A stretch of 64,000 nt of DNA from an uncultured Streptococcus sp. (GCF_963516515.1 NZ_CAUQCJ010000003.1:1722-65721); one strand, 5' to 3'. Positions 1-10,961 are shown, numbered from the stretch's first letter. The notes: a model not told the origin generated them from the letters alone. Numbers and translations: made by a program.

Positions 1-412
1 TTCTTACATTCAAGAAGTTGATTCTGTCTATGATATCGAGTGGGCTGATGGTGTAAAATACGGAGAAATCTTTATCCAGCCTGAGTACGAACACTCAAAA
101 TATTCATTTGAAATTTCGGACCAAGAAATGTTGCTTGAAAACTTTGATAAGTTTGAAAAAGAAGCTGGTCGTGCCTTGGAAGAAGGCTTGGTTCACCCTG
201 CCTATGACTATGTTCTCAAATGTTCACACACCTTTAACCTGCTTGACGCGCGTGGTGCCGTATCTGTAACAGAGCGTGCAGGCTATATCGCACGTATCCG
301 TAACTTGGCCCGTGTCGTAGCTAAAACATTTGTCGCAGAACGCAAACGCCTAGGCTACCCACTTTTAGATGAAGCAACACGAGCTAAACTCTTAGCAGAA
401 GACGCAGAATAA
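1..412 (+). CDS. glyQ: Glycine--tRNA ligase alpha subunit, 3' part (truncated by window start)
   Basis: C-terminal motifs [27 protein letters not shown]; lies upstream of glyS. Confidence 0.95.
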   Translation, partial: SYIQEVDSVYDIEWADGVKYGEIFIQPEYEHSKYSFEISDQEMLLENFDKFEKEAGRALEEGLVHPAYDYVLKCSHTFNLLDARGAVSVTERAGYIARIRNLARVVAKTFVAERKRLGYPLLDEATRAKLLAEDAE

Positions 413-435
413 AGAGAGTGACAAATTACGAAAAT

Positions 436-592
436 GGGCGAACAGAGTGAGCCCTGAGCCAGTTGCCGCAGTGATGAATGCATCCTTAGTAAAGCTAAGG
501 ATACTAGGCAAAATTGGAGACTTTTGGCTCCAATTTTAGCAATGAAACAACGAAGTTGGTTGCTTGCGTGCCCATCACATAAGGCAAACTGG
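436..592 (+). other. Highly structured intergenic element between glyQ and glyS
   Basis: Nested complementary segments: 459-467/583-592, 471-476/573-578, hairpins 482-502, 510-537, 538-564. Confidence 0.55.
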
Positions 593-623
593 AAAATAAA
601 AAGATACTTTTCGGAGAAAAAAC

Positions 624-2660
624 ATGACAAAAAACTTATTAGTAGAACTCGGTCTTGAAGAATTACCAGCCTATGTTGTCACACCAAGTGAAAAACAACT
701 AGGCGAAAAAATGGCAGCCTTCCTCAAGGAAAACCGCCTGTCTTTTGAAGCTATTCAAACCTTCTCAACACCACGTCGTTTGGCTGTTCGTGTGACTGGT
801 CTTGCAGACAAGCAGTCTGATTTGACAGAAGATTTCAAGGGTCCAGCAAAGAAAATTGCCTTGGATAGTGATGGAAACTTCACCAAAGCAGCTCAAGGAT
901 TTGTCCGTGGAAAAGGATTGACTGTTGAAGATATTGAATTCCGTGAAATCAAGGGTGAAGAATATGTCTATGTCACTAAGGAAGAAGTTGGACAAGTAGT
1001 TGAAGTTATTGTTCCTGGTGTTGTAGATGTCTTGAAGTCACTGACTTTCCCTGTCAGCATGCACTGGGCTGGAAATAGCTTTGAATACATTCGTCCTGTT
1101 CACACTTTGACTGTTCTTTTAGATGAAGAAGAGTTTGATTTGGATTTCCTTGATATTAAGGGAGGGCGTGTGAGCCGTGGTCATCGTTTCTTGGGACAAG
1201 AAACTAAGATTCAGTCAGCATTGAGCTATGAAGAAGACCTTCGTAAGCAGTATGTAATCGCAGATCCACGTGAACGTGAGCAAATGATCGTTGACCAAAT
1301 CAAGGCAATCGAAGCTGAGCATGGTGTACGCATCGAGATTGATGCTGACTTGCTTAATGAAGTCTTGAACTTGGTTGAATACCCAACTGCCTTTATGGGA
1401 AGTTTTGATTCCAAATACCTTGACGTTCCAGAAGAAGTCTTGGTGACTTCGATGAAGGAACACCAACGTTATTTTGTTGTCCGTGATCAAGATGGTAAAC
1501 TCTTGCCAAACTTCATTTCTGTTCGTAATGGAAACGCAGAGCATTTGGAAAATGTTATCAAAGGAAATGAAAAAGTCTTGGTAGCCCGCTTGGAAGACGG
1601 AGAATTCTTCTGGCGTGAAGACCAAAAATTGGTGATTTCAGATCTTGTTGAAAAATTAAAAAATGTGACTTTCCATGAGAAAATTGGTTCCCTTCGTGAA
1701 CACATGATTCGTACTGGTCAGATTGCTATTCTCTTGGCAGAAAAAGCAGGTTTATCAGCTGATGAAACAGCTGACCTTGCTCGTGCAGCAGCCATTTACA
1801 AGTTTGACTTGTTGACAGGTATGGTTGGTGAATTTGACGAGCTCCAAGGAATTATGGGTGAAAAATATGCCCTTCTTGCTGGGGAAACTCCAGCGGTGGC
1901 AGCTGCTATTCGTGAACACTACATGCCTACATCAGCTGAAGGAGAACTTCCAGAGAGCAAGGTCGGTGCAGTGCTTGCTATTGCAGACAAATTGGATACG
2001 ATTTTGAGTTTCTTCTCAGTAGGCTTGATTCCATCAGGTTCTAATGACCCGTATGCCCTTCGTCGCGCGACGCAAGGTGTGGTTCGTATCTTGGATGCCT
2101 TTGGTTGGCACATTGCTATGGATGAGTTGATTGATAGCCTTTATGCTTTGAAATTTGACAGCTTAACTTATGAAAATAAGACAGAGGTTATGGACTTTAT
2201 CAAGGCTCGTGTTGATAAGATGATGGGCTCTACTCCAAAAGATATTAAGGAAGCAGTACTTGCAAGTTCGAACTTTGTTGTGGCAGATATGTTGGAAGCA
2301 GCAAGTGCTCTCGTAGAAGCAAGCAAGGAAGAAGATTTCAAACCATCTGTTGAATCACTTTCTCGTGCCTTTAACTTGGCTGAGAAGGCAGAAGGAGTAG
2401 CTACAGTTGATTCAGCTCTCTTTGAGAATGAAGAAGAGAAAGCCTTGGCAGAAGCAGTAGAATCACTCGTTTTGTCAGGGACTGCCAGTCAGCAATTGAA
2501 ACAGCTCTTTGCTCTTAGCCCAGTCATTGATGCATTCTTTGAGAATACCATGGTTATGGCTGAAGACGAGGCAGTCCGTCAAAATCGTTTGGCAATCTTG
2601 TCTCATTTAACTCAAAAAGCAGCTAAACTTGCACGTTTTAACCAAATCAATACCAAATAA
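624..2660 (+). CDS. glyS: Glycine--tRNA ligase beta subunit
   Basis: 678 aa; [11 protein letters not shown] start, TPRRLAV, DPYALRR motifs. Confidence 0.97.
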   Translation: MTKNLLVELGLEELPAYVVTPSEKQLGEKMAAFLKENRLSFEAIQTFSTPRRLAVRVTGLADKQSDLTEDFKGPAKKIALDSDGNFTKAAQGFVRGKGLTVEDIEFREIKGEEYVYVTKEEVGQVVEVIVPGVVDVLKSLTFPVSMHWAGNSFEYIRPVHTLTVLLDEEEFDLDFLDIKGGRVSRGHRFLGQETKIQSALSYEEDLRKQYVIADPREREQMIVDQIKAIEAEHGVRIEIDADLLNEVLNLVEYPTAFMGSFDSKYLDVPEEVLVTSMKEHQRYFVVRDQDGKLLPNFISVRNGNAEHLENVIKGNEKVLVARLEDGEFFWREDQKLVISDLVEKLKNVTFHEKIGSLREHMIRTGQIAILLAEKAGLSADETADLARAAAIYKFDLLTGMVGEFDELQGIMGEKYALLAGETPAVAAAIREHYMPTSAEGELPESKVGAVLAIADKLDTILSFFSVGLIPSGSNDPYALRRATQGVVRILDAFGWHIAMDELIDSLYALKFDSLTYENKTEVMDFIKARVDKMMGSTPKDIKEAVLASSNFVVADMLEAASALVEASKEEDFKPSVESLSRAFNLAEKAEGVATVDSALFENEEEKALAEAVESLVLSGTASQQLKQLFALSPVIDAFFENTMVMAEDEAVRQNRLAILSHLTQKAAKLARFNQINTK

Positions 2661-2702
2661 AATCTGTTAAACGGATTAAATCTTATCATAAAGGAGAGAA
2701 AC

Positions 2703-2960
2703 ATGGATCCTAAAAAAATTGATCGTATTAACGAGCTTGCCAAAAAGAAAAAAACAGAAGGCTTGACCCCAGAAGAAAAAGTAGAACAAGCCAAACTACG
2801 TGAGGAGTACATTGAAGGGTACCGTCGCTCTGTTCGTCACCATATTGAGGGAATCAAAATTGTGGACGAAGAAGGAAACGATGTGACACCAGAAAAACTA
2901 CGCCAAGCCCAACGTGAAAAAGGGTTACATGGCCGTAGTCTCGATGATCCAAATTCATAA
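2703..2960 (+). CDS. DUF896/UPF0291 family protein
   Basis: [32 protein letters not shown] signature; AAGGAG RBS. Confidence 0.85.
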   Translation: MDPKKIDRINELAKKKKTEGLTPEEKVEQAKLREEYIEGYRRSVRHHIEGIKIVDEEGNDVTPEKLRQAQREKGLHGRSLDDPNS

Positions 2961-3001
2961 TAAGTATTCTTTCTTTTAACAAAGATAGATAAATAATAAC
3001 C

Positions 3002-3036
3002 AAAAGACTAGCAGTTTTTGTCTGCTAGTCTTTTTT
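3002..3036. terminator. Bidirectional intrinsic terminator
   Basis: AAAAGACTAGCAG...CTGCTAGTCTTTT between convergent genes. Confidence 0.85.
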
Positions 3037-3074
3037 CGCTAAAAAAGGAACCAATATGGTTCCCAAAACTATTA

Positions 3075-4319
3075 TTAGTTACTTGCGCCAGATGTAGCGT
3101 CTGCACCACCACCGTGGCCTCCAGCCTCACCTGCATCAGAAGCTCCAGATGTAGCATCTGCATCACCGTGACCATGTCCGCCAGCAGGAGCTGCAGCATT
3201 TCCACCAACTAGACGTTGACCAGTTGTATTGAGGTACCAATCAAGCCATGGTTGGAAGTTGAAGACTATTTCATTGATACCAGCGTATGATCCATCAGGA
3301 TAGTACATAGCTTGATAGTTGTGAGTATTGATAACCCCTGCAGGAGATCCAGGAACGATTGTACGAACATATTCTTGATCACCATTACGCAGTACACCGA
3401 CAACCCATTCAACATTTTTCATACGTCCACCGGGAAGTGAGTTATGGACAGTTGAGAGACGGTTACCAGATTGAGATGGTACACGTTTAGCAAACATGGT
3501 GTTTGGATCTTGGTGAACATTATTGTAGTATAAGAATTGGTTGTTATCATCTGCATAGGTCAACTCAAATGGCATTGCTTTCAAGAACATATCGATTTGG
3601 TTAACAGTTAAGATACCATGGTCTAGTTTGACATAGGTATCACCTGAAACCGCACCAGTAATTTCAGCAACTTTTTCAACCCATTCTGGATCATCGGGAT
3701 CAACTTCTGTGATTGTGGTAGCAATTGGTCTGCCACAATCCAAATCTTCTGGTTCAATTGGTTTTGGTTTTTTCAATTTTGAAACAACTCCTACATATTT
3801 TACAAAATTATCCAAGCAAGTTTCGAGGAATTTAACTGTTCCGTCATTTGTAATATTCCCATCAACATCAAAGGCTTCCTTAGCTTTACCAAGAAGGAAT
3901 TCGTTTCCAGGAAGTGTATAGGCATTGACACCTGGAGCGTCAAGAATCTTACGAAGGTGAACTTGGGCACGAGAAGTACCTTGGTCGTAGTAAGAAGCTC
4001 CCACAATCATGACTGGTTTGTTTTCAAATGGATGAACTTCGTATGAAAGCCATTCAAGAACAGATTTAAGAGAAGCTGAGATTGTGTGGTTGTGCTCAGG
4101 AGTAGCGATAATGACACCATCAGCACGTGTAATTCTGTTATACAAGAGACGCAATTGGAAGCTTTCATCCCATTTCTCGTCTTGGTTAAACATTGGAACT
4201 TCGTCAATTTCAAGAACTTCTAATTCAAATTTGAGTTTGAAGTGACGACGGATGAATTCCAAGAGTTTACGGTTATATGATTGATCGTAGTTTGATCCTA
4301 CAAGTCCAACAAATTTCAT
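3075..4319 (-). CDS. NAD(P)H-dependent FMN reductase-fold protein with PAS-like domain and C-terminal tail carrying two DATSGAS motifs
   Basis: N-terminal GLVGS...ATPEHNHTISASLK flavodoxin-like fold; PAS-like segment LKAMPFELTYADDNNQFLYYN; Gly/His/Ala-rich tail with DATSGAS at 3138-3158 and 3081-3101. Confidence 0.85.
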   Translation of the reverse strand: MKFVGLVGSNYDQSYNRKLLEFIRRHFKLKFELEVLEIDEVPMFNQDEKWDESFQLRLLYNRITRADGVIIATPEHNHTISASLKSVLEWLSYEVHPFENKPVMIVGASYYDQGTSRAQVHLRKILDAPGVNAYTLPGNEFLLGKAKEAFDVDGNITNDGTVKFLETCLDNFVKYVGVVSKLKKPKPIEPEDLDCGRPIATTITEVDPDDPEWVEKVAEITGAVSGDTYVKLDHGILTVNQIDMFLKAMPFELTYADDNNQFLYYNNVHQDPNTMFAKRVPSQSGNRLSTVHNSLPGGRMKNVEWVVGVLRNGDQEYVRTIVPGSPAGVINTHNYQAMYYPDGSYAGINEIVFNFQPWLDWYLNTTGQRLVGGNAAAPAGGHGHGDADATSGASDAGEAGGHGGGADATSGASN

Positions 4320-4337
4320 TCTTTTTGGTCTCCTATC

Positions 4338-4943
4338 TTACAAATTTTCCCAGTCAAAGTCTTCAGCATCTTTGCGAAGTAGTTCTTGTGCGTTACGCAA
4401 TTTTTCCGTGATTTTTACAAAGATACGGAAGTCGTCAAAAGTAGCATCCAGTTTTTTGATAACATCAAGATCTACTAGGTCTCCACTTGGGTTAAAGGCT
4501 TGAAGAGAGTGTGAAAGCAAGAATTCATCTGGAAGGACACTTGCTTTAATTTCTGGTGCGTTTAAGATTTGACGAAGTTGTAATTGGGCGCGTGATGAAC
4601 CAAGTGTACCGTAAGAAGCACCTGTAATCATGATTGGTTTGTTCAAAAGTGGGTAAATACCATATGACAACCAAGCAAGAGCGCTCATCAAAACAGCTGG
4701 GATAGAGTGGTCATACTCAGGAGTACCGATAATAACACCATCTGCCTCTTCAATTTTAGCAGCGATTTCTAGAATTTCAGCAGGTACTTGCTTGTCAGCT
4801 GGTTTATTGAAGACAGGAATGTCTTTAATTTCAACAAGTTCAATTTCAGCTTTTTCAGCAAAGTGTTTTTGCATGTATTGAAGCAATTGACGGTTTGTAG
4901 AACGTTTTGAATTTGTTCCAACAATAGCAATAAGTTTTAACAT
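4338..4943 (-). CDS. NAD(P)H-dependent FMN reductase
   Basis: IAIVGTN...GTPEYDHSIPAVL...GASYGTLGSSRAQ; paralog of the adjacent gene's N-terminal domain. Confidence 0.88.
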   Translation of the reverse strand: MLKLIAIVGTNSKRSTNRQLLQYMQKHFAEKAEIELVEIKDIPVFNKPADKQVPAEILEIAAKIEEADGVIIGTPEYDHSIPAVLMSALAWLSYGIYPLLNKPIMITGASYGTLGSSRAQLQLRQILNAPEIKASVLPDEFLLSHSLQAFNPSGDLVDLDVIKKLDATFDDFRIFVKITEKLRNAQELLRKDAEDFDWENL

Positions 4944-5002
4944 GAGATTTCCTTTCTCTTTTTACATAATACGATTTTAAAACTCCATTGAAACATCTGT
5001 TT

Positions 5003-5926
5003 CTATAGAGTAGGAATTCCTGAAGAACAGCTTAGGTGACCTTCCTTATCGATGAGGATAGCTTCGATGCCCTCTAAACTTTCGACTTGCCAAAGGATAG
5101 AAGCAGGTCTTTCTCCAAAGAGTCGAGTTGTCCAGATTTCACCATCAACTGATTTATCAGAGATGATTGTTAGACTAGCTAGTTCCGTTTCAACAGGATA
5201 TCCTGTTTGGCTGTCAAAAATATGATGGTAATCTTTTCCATCGACAGTCAGGTGACGTTCATAAATGCCTGAAGTCACGACAGATTGATTGACAACAGGG
5301 ATGGTCATTAAGTGATTTCCCCTAGGATTGGCTGGGTCTTGAATCCCGATTTGCCAAGGCTGATTCCCTCTTGCCTGATTTTTTCCAATGGTCAGGATAT
5401 TCCCTCCCAGATTGATTAAGGCAGAAGTCACTCCCTCTTCTCTAAGAAATTGGGCAACTTTATCCGCACTATAACCCTTGGCTAAACAACCAAGATCGAT
5501 CTTCATTCCTTTCTGTTTCAAGAACACAGTGGAAGTAGAAGAATCTAACTCGATATACTGAGGATTGATTAAAGGTAGCACAGATTCAATTTCTTGAGGT
5601 TGTGCAACTTTGGCATCTGAAAAACCGATACGCCAGGTTTGAATCAAGGGACCAATGCTGATGTTGAGATGACTAGAGGGCGCTAGGCTATGCTCTAAAC
5701 CAAGTGAAATCAGCTCAAACAGATCCGGATGAACCTTGACGGGGGCTATTCCAGCTTGATGATTGATTTCCATCAACTCAGATTCTTGGCTATTGGCATT
5801 GAAGCGGTATTCGAGATCTCTGAGTAAATCAAAGGATTTCTGGAGCAAGATATCTGCTCGCTCATCCACTAATGAAATAGTGATAGTGGTTCCCATTAGG
5901 CGTTCAGAATGTGAACTAAGAGGCAA
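5003..5926 (-). CDS. apbE: FAD:protein FMN transferase (ApbE family), no signal peptide
   Basis: LMGT start, IDLGCLAKGY, NLGGN, VTSGIYER, HHIFD..TGYP motifs; TTG start with AAGGAG RBS. Confidence 0.92.
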   Translation of the reverse strand: MPLSSHSERLMGTTITISLVDERADILLQKSFDLLRDLEYRFNANSQESELMEINHQAGIAPVKVHPDLFELISLGLEHSLAPSSHLNISIGPLIQTWRIGFSDAKVAQPQEIESVLPLINPQYIELDSSTSTVFLKQKGMKIDLGCLAKGYSADKVAQFLREEGVTSALINLGGNILTIGKNQARGNQPWQIGIQDPANPRGNHLMTIPVVNQSVVTSGIYERHLTVDGKDYHHIFDSQTGYPVETELASLTIISDKSVDGEIWTTRLFGERPASILWQVESLEGIEAILIDKEGHLSCSSGIPTL

Positions 5927-6027
5927 GCTACCAACTCCTTTCTCTTATGAAAAGAAGGTTGAAATATAGTAAATTTATGAAAAATGAACCCCTTACATTT
6001 TCTTTCCATGATACTAGCATACCATAA

Positions 6028-6041
6028 AGTCAGCGTTTTCA
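6028..6041 (-). promoter_or_regulatory. Putative CcpA cre site in the apbE operon promoter
   Basis: Minus strand TGAAAACGCTGACT resembles the cre consensus. Confidence 0.5.
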
Positions 6042-6166
6042 CAAATAAAATTTGTAAAGATGTCAAGAAATATGCTCACGGAATGAAGAAAAATTGCAAG
6101 AATCCGTGTTAAGATACAGATTGTTTACAATTTTTTACAAAAAAATCGGGAAAATTAGTTAAACTC

Positions 6167-6195
6167 TTGTAAACGCTAACAGTAAATGTTATACT
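6167..6195 (+). promoter_or_regulatory. nox promoter (TTGTAA-N17-TATACT, extended -10) overlapped by a cre site (6168-6181)
   Basis: TTGTAA 6167-6172, TGTTATACT ending 6195; TGTAAACGCTAACA matches cre. Confidence 0.7.
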
Positions 6196-6233
6196 AGAAG
6201 GGTAAATTTAAAATTGAAGGTAGGAATTTTTCT

Positions 6234-7613
6234 ATGAGTAAAATCGTTGTAGTTGGTGCTAACCACGCTGGTACAGCATGTATTAATACTATGTTGGATA
6301 ATTTTGGTAATGAGAACGAAATCGTTGTATTTGACCAAAACTCTAACATCTCTTTCCTAGGTTGCGGAATGGCCCTTTGGATTGGTGAACAAATTGACGG
6401 TGCTGAAGGCTTGTTCTATTCTGATAAAGAAAAATTGGAAGCTAAAGGTGCTAAAGTTTACATGAACTCACCAGTTCTTTCAATCGACTATGATAACAAA
6501 GTAGTTACAGCAGAAGTTGAAGGGAAAGAGCACAAAGAATCATACGAGAAATTGATTTTCGCTACAGGTTCTACACCAATCTTGCCACCAATCGAAGGTG
6601 TTGAAATTGTTAAAGGAAACCGCGAATTTAAAGCAACTCTTGAAAATGTACAATTCGTGAAATTGTACCAAAACGCTGAAGAAGTTATCAATAAACTTGC
6701 TGATAAGAGCCAACACCTCGACCGTATCGCCGTTGTTGGTGGTGGTTACATCGGTGTTGAACTTGCTGAAGCCTTTGAACGTCTTGGAAAAGAAGTTGTC
6801 CTTGTTGATATCGTTGATACTGTTTTGAACGGTTACTATGACAAAGACTTCACACAAATGATGGCGAAGAACTTGGAAGACCACAACATCCGTTTGGCTC
6901 TTGGTCAAACTGTTAAAGCAATCGAAGGTGACGGTAAAGTTGAACGCTTGATTACTGATAAAGAAACTTTCGATGTGGATATGGTTATCCTTGCGGTTGG
7001 TTTCCGTCCAAACACAGCCCTTGCTGATGGAAAGATTGAACTCTTCCGCAACGGTGCCTTCCTTGTAGATAAGAAACAAGAAACTTCACTTCCTGGTGTA
7101 TTTGCCGTTGGTGACTGTGCGACTGTTTATGACAATGCACGTAAAGACACAAGCTACATAGCTCTTGCTTCAAATGCTGTTCGTACTGGTATCGTTGGTG
7201 CCTACAATGCTTGTGGCCATGAATTGGAAGGAATCGGTGTGCAAGGATCAAATGGTATCTCAATTTACGGACTTCACATGGTTTCAACTGGTTTGACTCT
7301 TGAAAAGGCAAAAGCTGCTGGTTACAATGCAAGTGAAACAGGCTTTAACGATTTACAAAAACCAGAATTCATGAAACATGACAACCATGAAGTAGCGATT
7401 AAGATTGTCTTTGACAAAGGTAGCCGTGAAATTCTTGGTGCCCAAATGGTTTCACATGATATTGCAATCAGCATGGGAATCCATATGTTCTCACTTGCTA
7501 TCCAAGAACATGTAACAATTGATAAATTGGCTTTGACAGATCTATTCTTCTTGCCACACTTCAACAAGCCATACAACTACATCACAATGGCTGCCCTTAC
7601 AGCTGAAAAATAA
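6234..7613 (+). CDS. nox: H2O-forming NADH oxidase
   Basis: 459 aa; GANHAG FAD motif, SFLGCG redox cysteine, GGGYIG NADH motif. Confidence 0.96.
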   Translation: MSKIVVVGANHAGTACINTMLDNFGNENEIVVFDQNSNISFLGCGMALWIGEQIDGAEGLFYSDKEKLEAKGAKVYMNSPVLSIDYDNKVVTAEVEGKEHKESYEKLIFATGSTPILPPIEGVEIVKGNREFKATLENVQFVKLYQNAEEVINKLADKSQHLDRIAVVGGGYIGVELAEAFERLGKEVVLVDIVDTVLNGYYDKDFTQMMAKNLEDHNIRLALGQTVKAIEGDGKVERLITDKETFDVDMVILAVGFRPNTALADGKIELFRNGAFLVDKKQETSLPGVFAVGDCATVYDNARKDTSYIALASNAVRTGIVGAYNACGHELEGIGVQGSNGISIYGLHMVSTGLTLEKAKAAGYNASETGFNDLQKPEFMKHDNHEVAIKIVFDKGSREILGAQMVSHDIAISMGIHMFSLAIQEHVTIDKLALTDLFFLPHFNKPYNYITMAALTAEK

Positions 7614-7763
7614 AAATGATGAACTATCTGGCTTTAAGTTAAGGTCAGATAGTTTTTAGATAATCTGTCCCCACACAATTAGGATTTTTTTATCTTGTGA
7701 TTCATTCTAATCTAACTTAAAATGAAATAGTAGCTACCAATACAAATGATGAGGATACAACAA

Positions 7764-8639
7764 ATGACTGAAAATAGATATGAATTAAATAAAAACTTGG
7801 CACAGATGCTTAAGGGCGGAGTTATCATGGACGTTCAAAATCCTGAACAAGCTCGTATTGCAGAAGCTGCTGGTGCGGCCGCTGTGATGGCCTTGGAGCG
7901 GATTCCAGCAGATATTCGTGCAGCTGGTGGAGTTTCCCGCATGAGCGATCCAAAGATGATTAAGGAAATCCAAGAAGCGGTTAGCATTCCAGTAATGGCT
8001 AAGGTCAGAATTGGGCATTTCGTTGAAGCTCAGATTTTAGAGGCTATTGAAATTGACTATATAGACGAGAGTGAAGTTCTATCTCCTGCTGATGACCGTT
8101 TCCATGTGGACAAGAAAGAATTCCAAGTTCCTTTTGTCTGTGGGGCTAAGGACTTGGGTGAAGCCTTGCGTCGTATCGCTGAGGGAGCTTCCATGATTCG
8201 TACAAAAGGAGAACCAGGTACAGGAGATATCGTCCAAGCCGTTCGTCATATGCGCATGATGAATCAGGAAATTCGCCGTATTCAAAACCTACGTGAGGAC
8301 GAGCTCTATGTTGCTGCCAAGGACTTGCAAGTCCCTGTAGAATTGGTTCAATATGTCCATGAACATGGGAAATTGCCAGTTGTAAACTTCGCAGCTGGAG
8401 GCGTTGCAACGCCAGCAGATGCTGCGTTGATGATGCAATTAGGGGCAGAAGGTGTATTTGTCGGTTCAGGTATTTTTAAGTCAGGAGATCCTGTTAAACG
8501 AGCGAGTGCTATTGTTAAGGCTGTGACTAACTTCCGTAATCCTCAAGTCTTAGCTCAAATCTCTGAAGATTTAGGAGAAGCCATGGTTGGTATCAATGAA
8601 AATGAAATCCAAATTCTCATGGCTGAGCGAGGAAAATAG
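7764..8639 (+). CDS. pdxS: Pyridoxal 5'-phosphate synthase lyase subunit
   Basis: [27 protein letters not shown]; start placed at MTENRY after GAGGA. Confidence 0.96.
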   Translation: MTENRYELNKNLAQMLKGGVIMDVQNPEQARIAEAAGAAAVMALERIPADIRAAGGVSRMSDPKMIKEIQEAVSIPVMAKVRIGHFVEAQILEAIEIDYIDESEVLSPADDRFHVDKKEFQVPFVCGAKDLGEALRRIAEGASMIRTKGEPGTGDIVQAVRHMRMMNQEIRRIQNLREDELYVAAKDLQVPVELVQYVHEHGKLPVVNFAAGGVATPADAALMMQLGAEGVFVGSGIFKSGDPVKRASAIVKAVTNFRNPQVLAQISEDLGEAMVGINENEIQILMAERGK

Positions 8640-9221
8640 ATGAAAATCGGAATATTGGCCTTGCAAGGTGCCTTTGCAGAACATGCAAAAGTGCTAGATC
8701 TATTAGATGTCGAGAGTGTTGAAATCAGAAATTTAGAGGATTTTCAGCAAAATCAGAGTGACTTGTCGGGTTTGATATTACCTGGAGGTGAGTCTACAAC
8801 CATGGGCAAGCTCTTACGAGACCAGAACATGTTGATTCCCATCCGAGAAGCCATTCTATCTGGTTTACCAGTGTTTGGGACCTGTGCTGGCTTGATTTTG
8901 CTGGCTAAGGAAATTGCTTCCCAGGAAGAGAGTCATCTAGGAACTATGGATATGGTGGTCGAGCGCAATGCTTATGGACGCCAGCTTGGAAGTTTTTATA
9001 CCGAAGCAGAATGTAAGGGAGTTGGTAAGATTCCAATGACTTTTATTCGCGGTCCGATTATCAGTAGTGTTGGAGAAGATGTAGAAATTCTAGCAACAGT
9101 TGATAATCAAATCGTTGCAGCCCAAGAAAAAAATATGTTGGTAACTTCTTTTCATCCAGAATTGACTGATGATGTGCGCTTGCACCAGTACTTTATCAAT
9201 ATGTGTAAAGAAAAAAGTTGA
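8640..9221 (+). CDS. pdxT: Pyridoxal 5'-phosphate synthase glutaminase subunit
   Basis: [31 protein letters not shown]. Confidence 0.96.
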   Translation: MKIGILALQGAFAEHAKVLDLLDVESVEIRNLEDFQQNQSDLSGLILPGGESTTMGKLLRDQNMLIPIREAILSGLPVFGTCAGLILLAKEIASQEESHLGTMDMVVERNAYGRQLGSFYTEAECKGVGKIPMTFIRGPIISSVGEDVEILATVDNQIVAAQEKNMLVTSFHPELTDDVRLHQYFINMCKEKS

Positions 9222-9241
9222 GATTAAATTTCTCAACTTTT

Positions 9242-9889
9242 TTACATGTAATAAACAATGGCGATGTATTGGAGGGCAGATGCGGCTAGGATAAAGAGAT
9301 GCCAAATCATGTGGAAATAAGGTTTTTTCTTGGCGTAAAATCCAGCTCCAACTGTATAACAAAGTCCGCCAGTTACCATGAGACTCCAGAAAATTGGTGT
9401 CGTTTGACTGATAATGGCAGGAATGATAGCTAGAACCAACCAGCCCATAATCAGGTAAAGAGCAAGGCTAAATTTCTCATTGACCTTTTTAGCAAAGATT
9501 TTATAGAGGATGCCAAAGATGGTCGTTCCCCACTGGATGGCAATAATCAGATAGCCAAACCAGTTATTCATCAAAGTCAAGACGACGGGCGTATAAGATC
9601 CCGCGATAGCGACATAAATCATAGAATGGTCGATGATTCTCAAGACATATTTGTGGGTCGAACCATAGGCCATAGAGTGGTAAATGGTTGACGAGAGGAA
9701 CATGAGAAATAGACTGATGACGAAAATGGAAACACCGATAGATGATAAAAAGCCGTGCGCCTCATAACTATAGGTGGATGAAATAGGCAGTAAGATGAGC
9801 ATGATGACTGCACCTACGGCATGAGTCACGCTATTAGCAATCTCCTCTCCAAAACTGAGTTGTTTACTGAGTTTAAGACTAGTATTCAT
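9242..9889 (-). CDS. Hemolysin III/PAQR family membrane protein
   Basis: EEIANSVTH, STIYH, DHSMIY, HMIWHLF motifs; multiple TM segments. Confidence 0.9.
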   Translation of the reverse strand: MNTSLKLSKQLSFGEEIANSVTHAVGAVIMLILLPISSTYSYEAHGFLSSIGVSIFVISLFLMFLSSTIYHSMAYGSTHKYVLRIIDHSMIYVAIAGSYTPVVLTLMNNWFGYLIIAIQWGTTIFGILYKIFAKKVNEKFSLALYLIMGWLVLAIIPAIISQTTPIFWSLMVTGGLCYTVGAGFYAKKKPYFHMIWHLFILAASALQYIAIVYYM

Positions 9890-10338
9890 TAGATTTTCTC
9901 CTCTTCAGTATGATGGATTAAGGCTAGAGTTTGATGATAGAGTTTAACGGTTTGGCAGCTGGTTTGGATAATGGGGTTAGCTGGGTCAATTCCTTGGTTC
10001 ATGTAGTCCACAAAAGCATCGTAGAGTTGGTCTGAACTGGCTTGAGTTTGGAGAGTATTCAGTGTCTGAGCTATTTCTTGAATAGAAAATACCGACTTGA
10101 GGGTTGTGATAGCAATCAAACGGGCAATCTGTTGGCGTTGGTATTTTTTCTTGTCAGGCTTTGTCAGATAACCATGTTTGACATAGTTATTGACCATGGA
10201 TGCTGTTAGGCTCTTGTCTTTATCAGGAGAAATAGGGGCGCAGACCTGATTGACATAGAGTAAAACCTGGTCCAGATAGAGGTCAATGTTTGGAATTTCT
10301 GCCCATTTAGGGTAGGAAAAGGTAGTTTTCATTTTCAA
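9889..10338 (-). CDS. DUF1836 family protein
   Basis: IPNIDLYLDQV and LTASMVNNYVKHG signature; coupled to the PAQR gene. Confidence 0.85.
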   Translation of the reverse strand: MKMKTTFSYPKWAEIPNIDLYLDQVLLYVNQVCAPISPDKDKSLTASMVNNYVKHGYLTKPDKKKYQRQQIARLIAITTLKSVFSIQEIAQTLNTLQTQASSDQLYDAFVDYMNQGIDPANPIIQTSCQTVKLYHQTLALIHHTEEEKI

Positions 10339-10466
10339 CTCCTTTTTATCTAGTTTTAATAACTAGATTATAAAATAACAAAAACAGAAAGTCAAGTTTT
10401 AACTGCTTGTGGAAAGACTTAAATTATGCTATGATGGGAGAAACTAGTCAGAAATGAGGAGAAAAG

Positions 10467-10961
10467 ATGGAGATTCGTTTAGCTTTTCCAAATGAAGTAG
10501 ATGCCATTATGCAGGTGATGGAGGATGCTAAAAAATGTTTAGCGGATGCTGGTAGTGACCAGTGGCAAAATGGCTATCCAAATGCTGATATTATTATTGA
10601 TGATATTATCTCAGGTCAAGCCTACGTAGCCTTGGAAGAGGGAGAACTACTAGCTTATGCTGCTGTGACCAAGAGTCCAGAGGCAGCCTATGAAGCCATT
10701 TATGAAGGAAAATGGCAAGCTGGGGAGTCAGAGTACCTAGTCTTTCACCGTATTGCTGTGGCAGCAGATGTCCAGGGACAAGGAGTTGCTCAAACCTTTT
10801 TAGAGGGCTTGATTGAAGGATTTGATTATCTAGATTTTCGCTCAGATACGCATGCTGAAAACAAGGTTATGCAACATATTTTTGAAAAACTTGGTTTTAA
10901 ACGGGTTGGAAAGGTACCGGTTGATGGGGAACGCTTGGCCTATCAAAAATTGAAGAAATAA
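10467..10961 (+). CDS. GNAT family N-acetyltransferase
   Basis: HRIAV...QGQGVA motif A; DTHAENKVMQHIFEKLGF. Confidence 0.88.
   Translation: MEIRLAFPNEVDAIMQVMEDAKKCLADAGSDQWQNGYPNADIIIDDIISGQAYVALEEGELLAYAAVTKSPEAAYEAIYEGKWQAGESEYLVFHRIAVAADVQGQGVAQTFLEGLIEGFDYLDFRSDTHAENKVMQHIFEKLGFKRVGKVPVDGERLAYQKLKK

Noticed and set aside
459..592. glyQ-glyS element as a hammerhead ribozyme or T-box
   Set aside because: It has GTGATGA rather than the CTGANGA core, and no T-box antiterminator/terminator pair is apparent
355..630. 91-aa minus-strand ORF over the glyQ-glyS spacer
   Set aside because: Antisense to the operon, overlaps both genes, no RBS or recognisable motif
9242..9889. Hemolysin III as a toxin
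   Set aside because: PAQR-family membrane protein widespread in non-pathogens; the name is not evidence of a toxin
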